A stretch of 64,000 nucleotides of DNA from a virus (IMGVR_UViG_3300017780_006957:46277-110276), one strand, 5' to 3'; positions 1-7,103 are shown, counted from the stretch's first letter. Numbers and translations: made by a program. The notes: a model not told the origin generated them from the sequence alone.

Positions 1-207
1 GCTTTCAACCATTTTATAATAGTCATCAGATAATTCGCCAGCATTATAAATAAAATCAAAAATCCAACCAATATCTGACTCATCTTCTATGAGTAAATCA
101 TTAATGAGATTATCAAATAACTCATCCTGCTTCTTTTGTAAGGTTGAGATTTCGCGTTTAGCGCATTCAACCAAAACCCTTTGTTCTTCGTTTAGTTTTT
201 TATTCAT
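1..207 (-). CDS. hypothetical protein, partial (runs off window)
   Basis: ATG at 207, open frame MNKKLNEEQRVLVECAKREI... to window edge. Confidence 0.6.
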   Translation of the reverse strand, partial: MNKKLNEEQRVLVECAKREISTLQKKQDELFDNLINDLLIEDESDIGWIFDFIYNAGELSDDYYKMVES

Positions 208-363
208 TTATTTTATTCTTGTTGCTAATATTAATCCTAGATTGGCCATTGCGTAACTTCCCCAAACAATAAACCACGGCCAGTTGCCTTTGAAGGCATA
301 ACTTGCCGCGACATAAGCATAGAGAAAGAAAACAATAAATACTATTTTTTCTTCTAAATTCAT
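208..363 (-). CDS. small membrane protein (51 aa)
   Basis: Manual translation MNLEEKIVFIVFFLYAYVAASYAFKGNWPWFIVWGSYAMANLGLILATRIK; two hydrophobic stretches; fits between neighbours. Confidence 0.6.
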   Translation of the reverse strand: MNLEEKIVFIVFFLYAYVAASYAFKGNWPWFIVWGSYAMANLGLILATRIK

Positions 364-725
364 TTTGTTACTTTTATTTCCATAAACATAGGATACTTTT
401 TTATGTAAGACTCTGCTTCTTTTTTGCTCTTACAATAAATATCTACTACTATATTCGATTTACCAAGTTTACGAGATGCTCTACGGCTTTTAACTGCTGA
501 ACCTGTATCTTGCGCCAAAAATGTTTTGCCCATCTTTGGAATAAAAATCTTAGATTTATAAGGTATAATCTTAGGATCAACAGCAATAGTTTTATTGACT
601 GTCGGTTTAGCCCCAGTAGAAGTTTGATATCCATCCCAGTAATAGGTTACTCTCGCCATATAAGTTTGTGCATGGCACAAATTACAAGCGAGCAATAACG
701 CAAGTATTAATGTTTTAATTTTCAT
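360..725 (-). CDS. 3D-domain cell-wall protein with signal peptide
   Basis: IAVDPKIIPYKSKI, AQDTGSAVK and VVDIY motifs; start moved to 725 (promoter at 732-760). Confidence 0.8.
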   Translation of the reverse strand: MKIKTLILALLLACNLCHAQTYMARVTYYWDGYQTSTGAKPTVNKTIAVDPKIIPYKSKIFIPKMGKTFLAQDTGSAVKSRRASRKLGKSNIVVDIYCKSKKEAESYIKKYPMFMEIKVTK

Positions 726-731
726 GCTAAA

Positions 732-760
732 ATGATAGCATAAAAATTTTATCATGTAAA
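732..760 (-). promoter_or_regulatory. sigma70-type promoter, likely leaderless transcript
   Basis: TTTACA-17-TATCAT, 6 nt before ATG 725. Confidence 0.6.
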
Positions 761-768
761 GAATTTAT

Positions 769-954
769 TTAAATTTCTTTCTTAAAGATAGCTTTAGTAT
801 CTTCCCCAAAAAGAATAGCCTCTTTTTGAGCGTAGATGTCTGCTAATTCTCTATTATCTTCCCTAAAGGATACAGTCATGCCCTCAGTCAATGGGTTTTT
901 GCCTTTGAGTGCATATACATACTTTTTTGCTTTCGGTGCTTGTTTTGTTTTCAT
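769..954 (-). CDS. hypothetical protein
   Basis: ORF MKTKQAPKAKKYVYALKG... Confidence 0.6.
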   Translation of the reverse strand: MKTKQAPKAKKYVYALKGKNPLTEGMTVSFREDNRELADIYAQKEAILFGEDTKAIFKKEI

Positions 955-983
955 ATTAAAAATATTTTGTGTAATAAAGTCAG

Positions 984-1226
984 ATGCCAAGACATTTACA
1001 ATCTCAGATCCATTCAGATTTTTCTCGTATTTCGGGAACTTGGACTGGCTATAGAGCGCAAATCACTGGCTTGTGGGGTTCTACCTCTAACCATGATGAT
1101 TTTAATAATCATTTAATTAGAGAATATAATCGAAAAATTAATTACCTTAATATGCCAAGTGGATTATATATTATTCCTTATAATGCAGGTTTCAGTTATA
1201 CTACTGATATTAGTAAGCTTACTTAA
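984..1226 (+). CDS. hypothetical protein
   Basis: 80 aa ORF preceded by GTGTAA motif at 969-974. Confidence 0.6.
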   Translation: MPRHLQSQIHSDFSRISGTWTGYRAQITGLWGSTSNHDDFNNHLIREYNRKINYLNMPSGLYIIPYNAGFSYTTDISKLT

Positions 1227-1230
1227 AAAA

Positions 1231-1246
1231 TGGAGCGGAATGTCAG
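1231..1246 (-). pseudogene. 3' remnant of tRNA (Gly-type) split by endonuclease gene
   Basis: CTGAC-ATTCCGC-T-CCA; matching T-arm half GTTAG-TTCGATT at 1914-1925. Confidence 0.6.
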
Positions 1247-1899
1247 AGTGAAATATAATATTTAATAAAAGTTATACATTTTTCAAGAAAAATTGGAAAA
1301 TCATTTTTTTTCTTATAATTTAAATCATTAGATGAAATTCTCATTATATTCCAACCATTTTTTATTAAATTTGAATCTCTAATAGCATCTTTTTCTTTGT
1401 CGTGCCATTTTATACCATCATATTCTATATTTATTTTATAATCTGGTAAAGCTATATCGAGATAAATATTATCGACTTTGTACTCTTGTTGTAATTCTGG
1501 AAATATCTTTTTTAATTCTTCAAATAATATATTTTGCCAATAAGATTTTTTACCAGCACATTTCTTATTTGGATGTTTTTCTGGATTTAATTTAAAAAAT
1601 TCTTTTTTTGATAAAGACATTTTTAATTTACTTTCATCGCTTCTTTTTGAACCAAGATTTTTTAAAGATAAAGCTTTTTTTCTTTCAAGAGTCCAACTTT
1701 CTTTAAGTTTTTGTTTTCTATCCTCAGTACAAGGTAAAGTTTTTTTGCCTTTTATTGGAGATATTCTACCAGTTGCTTTTTGACTTCTTATTGAATTAAT
1801 TTCTTCAGTCCAAATTCTTGAATTAGCGCAAGATCTAGAACAAAAAATACCACTGCCAAATGTTCCATTATGATCTATATTGCATTTTTTACATTGCAT
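1243..1899 (-). CDS. homing endonuclease (Zn finger + NUMOD3-like repeats + Vsr/DUF559-type nuclease)
   Basis: FCSRSCANSR, RSDESKLKMS, YLDIALPDYKINIEYDGIKWH...RD motifs. Confidence 0.75.
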   Translation of the reverse strand: MQCKKCNIDHNGTFGSGIFCSRSCANSRIWTEEINSIRSQKATGRISPIKGKKTLPCTEDRKQKLKESWTLERKKALSLKNLGSKRSDESKLKMSLSKKEFFKLNPEKHPNKKCAGKKSYWQNILFEELKKIFPELQQEYKVDNIYLDIALPDYKINIEYDGIKWHDKEKDAIRDSNLIKNGWNIMRISSNDLNYKKKNDFPIFLEKCITFIKYYISL

Positions 1900-1942
1900 A
1901 TAATTATTTACACAATCGAACTAACTTTATGAATTAAAAAAA

Positions 1943-2016
1943 TGGTGCGTTATGTGGTAGTCGAAACCACGCTACTAGAGTGGAAGTCTAGTGTGCTACC
2001 GTAACACTTATAACGC
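1943..2016 (-). tRNA. tRNA-Gly(UCC)
   Basis: GCGTTAT/ATAACGC acceptor, CTAGA-CTTCCAC-TCTAG anticodon arm, TTCGACT T-loop, CCA. Confidence 0.92.
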
Positions 2017-2021
2017 AAAAT

Positions 2022-2093
2022 TGGTGGAGCATTTCGGAACTGCCCCGAAGTCCGCAATGCATATAGCATTACGTCGAAATCTATATATGCCCC
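2022..2093 (-). ncRNA. minimal tmRNA-like RNA (tRNA-like domain only)
   Basis: GGGGCAT/ATGCTCC-A-CCA with G3-U70, stemless D-loop GATTTCGAC, 7-bp hairpin, GGAC, T-arm TTCGG-GGCAGTT-CCGAA. Confidence 0.8.
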
Positions 2094-2576
2094 TTAACTT
2101 TCTTTATTAAACATTACATAATTATGAACAGAAACAACATAATCTTCTGCTACAGCAAGTTTACCCTGCATCCATGTTTCTGTCAAGTTATCTTGCACTT
2201 TTAAATCATCTAAAGCTGCCAAAATGTTTTCGGCGTGAGATTTGATTGAAGCAATAGATCCAATAGCCATTTCATAAAGATCTTTCTTGTATTCGGTCAA
2301 CTCCTCTTCTGGACTTTCATCTTCCATTTCTGGAGCATTAAAATCCACTTCTTCAGCCTTGCTAACTTTTTTAAGTGGTTCTGCAAAATCAAGAAATTCA
2401 TCATCGCCAGATCCGACGACAACATCAGCAGAAGCTTTGGCTTGATCGAATTGAGTATAACAGATTGCAATGCGCTGTTGATTGTCTTTGAACTTAGGGT
2501 CTTTGGCTACTTCAGAGATGCAGCGGCCCACAAAATCCTTTTTCTTTTCTTTTTTCTCAGGAGTTGGTAAAGGCAT
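2094..2576 (-). CDS. hypothetical, probably virion-associated
   Basis: MPLPTP..E.KKDFVGRC...QRIAICY N-terminal motif; GTGTAA at 2597-2602. Confidence 0.7.
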   Translation of the reverse strand: MPLPTPEKKEKKKDFVGRCISEVAKDPKFKDNQQRIAICYTQFDQAKASADVVVGSGDDEFLDFAEPLKKVSKAEEVDFNAPEMEDESPEEELTEYKKDLYEMAIGSIASIKSHAENILAALDDLKVQDNLTETWMQGKLAVAEDYVVSVHNYVMFNKES

Positions 2577-2604
2577 AATTTTATATTTAAAATATATTAC
2601 ACTT

Positions 2605-2850
2605 TTAATGCATGAAGTTAATAATTTTCTGAACAGCGACTTCAATGTCCGTTGCGTCTCTTATGATTTTATCTTCAGACCAACTATGGGCCGCATTATA
2701 TGAGTGATTTTTCATCAATTTATTTGTTTTTAAATCTACCCAATGGAAAGACTGCCAATCGACAAGATCTTTTAGGTTTTTTATGGTGATTCTCTGTTCT
2801 TCATATTTGTTGATTTCGATTTCAATAGTAGATGTTCCTTTGATTTTCAT
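2605..2850 (-). CDS. hypothetical protein
   Basis: 81 aa ORF. Confidence 0.6.
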   Translation of the reverse strand: MKIKGTSTIEIEINKYEEQRITIKNLKDLVDWQSFHWVDLKTNKLMKNHSYNAAHSWSEDKIIRDATDIEVAVQKIINFMH

Positions 2851-2863
2851 AATAAGAAAGGCA

Positions 2864-2951
2864 AGGACAGTGCGAGATTCGAACTCGCGGTGAGCTTAAC
2901 GCCCACTTCAGTTTTCAAGACTGACGTATTAATCCACTCTACCAACTGTCC
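2864..2951 (-). tRNA. tRNA-Ser(UGA)
   Basis: GGACAGT/ACTGTCC acceptor, TCAGT-CTTGAAA-ACTGA, long variable arm, TTCGAAT; no CCA. Confidence 0.92.
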
Positions 2952-2957
2952 GTTTAA

Positions 2958-3083
2958 TTATCCTTGGCCGCGATACTTTTTTCTATAATTTTTTGAATTC
3001 TTTAGATGAGAGGTCTTGCTTTTAGCATGGATTCCCTTGCGCTTCTTAGACTTTACACCGTTTTTTTGGTTCTTCTTGTTCAT
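2958..3083 (-). CDS. 41-aa basic protein ending KKYRGQG
   Basis: Manual translation MNKKNQKNGVKSKKRKGIHAKSKTSHLKNSKNYRKKYRGQG; abuts tilS stop. Confidence 0.7.
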   Translation of the reverse strand: MNKKNQKNGVKSKKRKGIHAKSKTSHLKNSKNYRKKYRGQG

Positions 3084-3704
3084 TTATTTATTGTTTAGAT
3101 AGAATTTTTTTAGCACTACTTTATTTAAGCCTCTACGACTTTCGATTTCAGGAATGATTGTTTTACGAATCCAATTTCTTTCATACCTTTGATCTTCGTT
3201 GCTCTCATCAATTTGAAGATACTTGAAAAGATTGTTTTTGTCAACCCAATTTTCAAAATTCTTTTTAATGTTCAAGATGAATGGGCGATAGATAGAAAAA
3301 GAATTAAAATCAGTAAATTCTTGAATTGGTTTGTGTTCTGGGCAACCTTTTAAAGTATTACTTATATAACTCTCTACAGCGTCTTGTAAATGCTGGCATT
3401 GAATAATTGACCCACCCACTTGAGAAAAGAATTTTAATCTTTCTTTCCTTAGTCCATCTTCAATATTTTTATCAATCTTAATAGAACATTTTTCTGTGAT
3501 AAGATTAATTTTATAGTCAGAACAAAATCTTTCGCAAGCCTTTTGCATAAGGTTGTTTTGCGGTCTTTGATTATGATTATAGTGAATAGCTTGAAATTTT
3601 TGTCCAGATTTATGAAGAAAATGAGCGCAAGCTAGACTATCTATACCGCCAGAGATAGCAATACTATAAGTTTTTGGTAGGTATTTTTTATTTATTTTGA
3701 TCAT
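3084..3704 (-). CDS. tilS: tRNA(Ile)-lysidine synthase, catalytic domain only
   Basis: PP-loop SGGIDS, HYNH, H.QD.VE, YRPF, DESN...RNWIR. Confidence 0.88.
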   Translation of the reverse strand: MIKINKKYLPKTYSIAISGGIDSLACAHFLHKSGQKFQAIHYNHNQRPQNNLMQKACERFCSDYKINLITEKCSIKIDKNIEDGLRKERLKFFSQVGGSIIQCQHLQDAVESYISNTLKGCPEHKPIQEFTDFNSFSIYRPFILNIKKNFENWVDKNNLFKYLQIDESNEDQRYERNWIRKTIIPEIESRRGLNKVVLKKFYLNNK

Positions 3705-3752
3705 TTAATTAAAAGATTATGATATTTATCATAATCAGTGTATAATAGTTAT

Positions 3753-4112
3753 ATGCAAAAATGTAATCATTGTCAAGCGAATTTATCTGGTAATCAAACT
3801 AAATGGTGTTCGGATAAATGCAAACATTCTGTCGCAAATGCGAAACATCAAAATTATCAAGCTCAACAGGAAAGAGGCAAGTCTAGAAAAAGAGATTTAA
3901 TTAAAATGAAAGGCGGCGGATGTGAAATTTGTGGTTATAAAAAATCTACAGCCGCTCTATGTTTCCATCATTTAGACCCTTCAATAAAAAAATTTGAATT
4001 AGATATAAGAAGCTTATCAAATAGAAGACTAGATTATATCTTGGATGAAGCCTCAAAATGTCAATTACTTTGCTCTAATTGTCATATGGAAGTTCATCAT
4101 GGTTTAGTATAA
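3753..4112 (+). CDS. HNH endonuclease
   Basis: CEICGY..ALCFHH.DP..K...KCQLLCSNCHMEVH; GTGTAT upstream. Confidence 0.85.
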   Translation: MQKCNHCQANLSGNQTKWCSDKCKHSVANAKHQNYQAQQERGKSRKRDLIKMKGGGCEICGYKKSTAALCFHHLDPSIKKFELDIRSLSNRRLDYILDEASKCQLLCSNCHMEVHHGLV

Positions 4113-4120
4113 AATTAAAG

Positions 4121-4210
4121 TACAAAAGGTGAGACTCGAACTCACAAAGGACTTTCACGTCCATAACGGTTTATGAAACCGCGCCCTTAACCAATTCGGG
4201 TCACTTTTGC
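4121..4210 (-). tRNA. tRNA with CAU anticodon (Ile2/Met) and long variable arm
   Basis: GCAAAAG/CTTTTGT-A, GCGGT-TTCATAA-ACCGT, variable arm GGAC-GTGAAA-GTCC, GTGAG-TTCGAGT-CTCAC. Confidence 0.85.
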
Positions 4211-4223
4211 ATTATTTAGAAAG

Positions 4224-4301
4224 TGGTAGTCACGGTGGAATTCGAATCCACACTGTAATGATTTTAAGTCATTTGTCTCCTACCAGTTGGACTACGTGAC
4301 C
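4224..4301 (-). tRNA. tRNA-Leu(UAA), short variable loop
   Basis: GGTCACG/CGTGACT-A-CCA, AATGA-CTTAAAA-TCATT. Confidence 0.9.
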
Positions 4302-4341
4302 TTTTTTATTTTATCTCACTGACTTACTCAGTGATGTCCTT

Positions 4342-4370
4342 ATCTTACTCTTAGTTGGCGGGATTGTCAA
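4342..4370 (-). promoter_or_regulatory. sigma70 promoter for tRNA/tilS cluster
   Basis: TTGACA-17-TAAGAT; leader hairpin TCACTGA/TCAGTGA at 4316-4334. Confidence 0.8.
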
Positions 4371-4416
4371 CTTTTTTCTGCAAAAAAAGTGTAATGAGAT
4401 TAAACACATTAAAATT

Positions 4417-5727
4417 ATGTCCGCTCAATACACTTTTAATCACCTTGGGCAGCTGTCCCACAGTGCAGCCACAATGCCGTGTCTTTATGATAGCGCACAA
4501 GATGTATATAGACCAATAAATGATTTAGATTTTGGTGGCCAAGGAAGCTATACATCAAAGGGAAGATTAAAAACTTCAAACGTCGAAACGTTCTTCTTTA
4601 ATACATTTCAATATGGTAAAGAAACCGATATTTGGGACGAATCAACTGCAAATGGTGGTTCAGGAATATACGATTCTAACATTAATCAAATTGATATGTC
4701 AGTCAGTAATATCTCTGGATCTGAATGCGTTAGACAGACAAAAAATGTCCAAAGATATGTTCCTTCAAGAAATTCTAATTTAGCTTTTGCGGTTAAATTA
4801 GGAAATCCAACTCTTGGAATTAGAAGACGTTTTGGTTTGTTTGAGCCAAACGATGGAATCTTTTTCGAAGATGGCGGCGATAATAATTATTATTGTGTTA
4901 TCCGTAGTTCTGTTAGCGGCTCAGTGAATGAAATTAAAGTCGCAAGAAACAATTGGAATGGTGACAAATTAGATGGAACTGGACCAAGTAAAATAATTGC
5001 AAATCCGCAAGCTCAACAATTAATTGCCATTGATTATGAATGGTATGGTGCTGGTGAGATAGGATTTAATTATGTTATTAATGGATCTCCCGTGAGAATA
5101 CACACATTTAATACAGCAAATAATTTTACTGATCCTTGGTGCAAAACTCCATTCTTACCTATAAGAGTAGAAATAACAAACACTAGTGGCGGTCAATCTA
5201 GCGGTAGATATCATATTTATCAAGGATCAAATTCATTAACCTCAGAAGGAAATTCATTAAATCTTGGCGTTGCAGAGTCTATTTCTACATCAATAGATGG
5301 AAAAGAAATTCCTAAAGATATATTTTATCCGTTAATAAGCTTAAGATTAAAATCTAATTCACTTAAAGGAGTTGTTTTTCCAAGACATTTTCAAGTAGCA
5401 ACTACTGAAAATAATGTCCATGTTTTTTATAAAATACTTAGAAATGCCGCTATATCTGGGGCTGTTTGGCAAAATCATCCAGATACTAATTCATTTGTTC
5501 AATATGATATTTCTGGAACAGCATATAGTAATGGGCAAACTGTTGATGATGGTTTTGTTGTATATGGATCTTCCGCAGGTCAAATAGAACTTGATGATGC
5601 ATTAAATTATCAAATAGGTAGAAGCGGCATGGGTCTATACAGTGATACTTACACATTGGCCGTAGCTCATACGGCATCCACAAATAGAAGCGTCATAGGA
5701 TCTATGTCTTGGATTGAACAGAGATAA
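4417..5727 (+). CDS. putative virion structural protein (beta-rich)
   Basis: 436 aa, G/S/N-rich; GTGTAA at 4389-4394. Confidence 0.7.
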   Translation: MSAQYTFNHLGQLSHSAATMPCLYDSAQDVYRPINDLDFGGQGSYTSKGRLKTSNVETFFFNTFQYGKETDIWDESTANGGSGIYDSNINQIDMSVSNISGSECVRQTKNVQRYVPSRNSNLAFAVKLGNPTLGIRRRFGLFEPNDGIFFEDGGDNNYYCVIRSSVSGSVNEIKVARNNWNGDKLDGTGPSKIIANPQAQQLIAIDYEWYGAGEIGFNYVINGSPVRIHTFNTANNFTDPWCKTPFLPIRVEITNTSGGQSSGRYHIYQGSNSLTSEGNSLNLGVAESISTSIDGKEIPKDIFYPLISLRLKSNSLKGVVFPRHFQVATTENNVHVFYKILRNAAISGAVWQNHPDTNSFVQYDISGTAYSNGQTVDDGFVVYGSSAGQIELDDALNYQIGRSGMGLYSDTYTLAVAHTASTNRSVIGSMSWIEQR

Positions 5728-5729
5728 TA

Positions 5730-5760
5730 AAAAAGCCTATCTTTTGAAGATAGGCTTTTT
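5730..5760. terminator. bidirectional intrinsic terminator
   Basis: AAAAAGCCTATCTT-TTG-AAGATAGGCTTTTT between convergent units. Confidence 0.85.
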
Positions 5761-5767
5761 AATGAAA

Positions 5768-5854
5768 TGGAGCTAAAGGTGAGATTCGAACTCACGGTGC
5801 GCTTTCGCATCTCGATTACAAATCGAGTCCTTTCGACCACTGAGGGACTTTAGC
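5768..5854 (-). tRNA. tRNA-Thr(UGU) with long variable arm
   Basis: GCTAAAG/CTTTAGC-T-CCA, CTCGA-TTTGTAA-TCGAG, variable arm TGCG-AAAG-CGCA. Confidence 0.85.
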
Positions 5855-5888
5855 AAAATATTAATTAATAATGGTTATGAAGTAAAAA

Positions 5889-5962
5889 GGCTCCCAGTTT
5901 TGGCAACGATCCAAACTCACACTGCTTAACAGGCAGGTCGCACGCCCTGTGCGTTACTGGGA
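5889..5962 (-). tRNA. tRNA-Asn(GUU), divergent T-loop
   Basis: TCCCAGT/ACTGGGA-G-CC, CTGC-CTGTTAA-GCAG, T-loop ATCGTTG. Confidence 0.8.
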
Positions 5963-5993
5963 TTTATATCTTATTATATAAGAATAAGAAAGT

Positions 5994-6162
5994 TTTTCTA
6001 TCGCTGAAGAAGTCCCCCGTTTCCACAGAGGTCAATGACCCTTCTTCACTTTTCTACAAGTACTAACTCGCTGGAGAGTTTGACCACGCGATGCGTAGCT
6101 ACACTCATTTTCCTGTCCGTTTTCTCTGAATACTTCGGGCGATCAAAACGCACGATAGAAAA
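5994..6162 (-). ncRNA. unknown structured RNA module R9
   Basis: 10-bp terminal stem TTTTCTATCG/CGATAGAAAA; internal TGAAGAAG/CTTCTTCA and GGAA-capped hairpin. Confidence 0.65.
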
Positions 6163-6166
6163 TTGA

Positions 6167-6228
6167 CCAATTCCTGACCTGCCGCGCACTACTTTATCAG
6201 GTATAGCCGCTTGCAGTCAGGCAATTGG
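6167..6228 (-). ncRNA. unknown hairpin RNA module R8
   Basis: CCAATT-g-CCTGAC-TGC...GCA-g-GTCAGG-AATTGG. Confidence 0.6.
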
Positions 6229-6234
6229 AAATGG

Positions 6235-6401
6235 TTTTGCGGCTCAGGTCGCTATATCGTGCAATGTGTTCCCAACCGAATAATCGTCTCGAAAGACTCG
6301 ATTTCTATCAACTGCATTAACCCATCACTGAATCGTGCGTTTTATGTTGACTACCTTGCACAAACGTCTTAGTTGACGAATACCCCTCAATGACCGCAAA
6401 A
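6235..6401 (-). ncRNA. unknown structured RNA module R7
   Basis: TTTTGCGG-TCA/TGA-g-CCGCAAAA terminal stem; GTCT-TTCG-AGAC hairpin. Confidence 0.65.
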
Positions 6402-6405
6402 TTAG

Positions 6406-6562
6406 TTTATCTGTCAGACCTTAACGCCTATGCCCCTCGCGCATAGACAGCATCTTCGCTGGTTCACGGATGGGCCACTTTGTAGTGCCGTAAGTGCAGC
6501 ACCTCAGACGGATCTCCAGCATAGGTCTTCACAGCTGTGTGTAGATATTCTCGACAGATAAA
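6406..6562 (-). ncRNA. unknown structured RNA module R6
   Basis: 10-bp terminal stem TTTATCTGTC/GACAGATAAA; GTCTATGC/GCATAGGC and CAGC/GCTG hairpins. Confidence 0.65.
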
Positions 6563-6565
6563 AAA

Positions 6566-6679
6566 TGCAGAAGAGATTGGATTCGAACCAATATTGTACC
6601 ATACTGCCCTTGGGCATCCAAGGAATCGAACCTTAACGAAATAACCGTCGCTATTGCATTGCCGTTATGCTACTCTTCT
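6566..6679 (-). ncRNA. tRNA-like RNA R5 with anticodon arm replaced and two T-arms
   Basis: AGAAGAG/CTCTTCT acceptor, GCAT/ATGC D-arm, ATTGG-TTCGAAT-CCAAT plus internal AAGG-TTCGATT-CCTT. Confidence 0.7.
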
Positions 6680-6685
6680 AAAAAA

Positions 6686-6760
6686 GGTGGCTAGAGTGTT
6701 TGTGGAATCTCAGGAATTGCATCCTGTTATACTAGTAACTTGCCAGATTCCCTCTAGCCA
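6686..6760 (-). ncRNA. tRNA-like RNA module R4
   Basis: GGCTAGAG/CTCTAGCC-A-CC, GAATCT/AGATTC, CAGGA-TGCAAT-TCCTG. Confidence 0.6.
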
Positions 6761-6772
6761 TTGAAAATTTGT

Positions 6773-6866
6773 CCATAGAGTATGCACTCTCAATGCGTTA
6801 TGCAGGACTGGCACTAGCTATATGAATCCTTATAGCTGGAGAAGGAAGCCCGTAACCTTCATATGG
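6773..6866 (-). ncRNA. unknown multibranch RNA module R3
   Basis: CCATA/TATGG closing stem; GAAGG/CCTTC, AGCTATA/TATAGCT, AGAGT/ACTCT hairpins. Confidence 0.55.
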
Positions 6867-6875
6867 CTTTTTATA

Positions 6876-6960
6876 TTTACAATGTATGGTTATTAACCCA
6901 CACGGAATTTCAAGCATTAACCCACTACGTATATGGTAACTCACCGATTTCCATTGCAAA
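6876..6960 (-). ncRNA. unknown RNA module R2
   Basis: TTTGCAATG/CATTGTAAA terminal stem; two TGGGTTAAT copies. Confidence 0.5.
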
Positions 6961-6967
6961 AATTAAT

Positions 6968-7080
6968 ATTCCTTTAATGGTAGGCGTTGTCGCATTCAAA
7001 TCTCTACCCACCACAATCGCTTCAAGATTCTCGTTCGCTTACCGCACGGGGCATGAAGCCCCTTGTCCCATTAAGGGAAT
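6968..7080 (-). ncRNA. unknown structured RNA module R1
   Basis: ATTCCCTTAATGG/CCATTAAAGGAAT terminal stem (12 of 13 pair); GGGGC-TTCAT-GCCCC. Confidence 0.65.
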
Positions 7081-7103
7081 AAAATTTTTAAAATTTTTAT
7101 TTA

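Noticed and set aside
5994-6562. Group I intron or 23S rRNA fragments (TTCAGAGA, GATATAG, GCTGTGAAGA, CCGTGAACC)
   Set aside because: Matches are short, R/S-like elements are in the wrong order, and no core fold can be built by eye
5994-7080. RNase P, SRP RNA or tmRNA coding piece
   Set aside because: No GAGGAAAGUCC, no SRP domain IV motif, no tag-like ORF found
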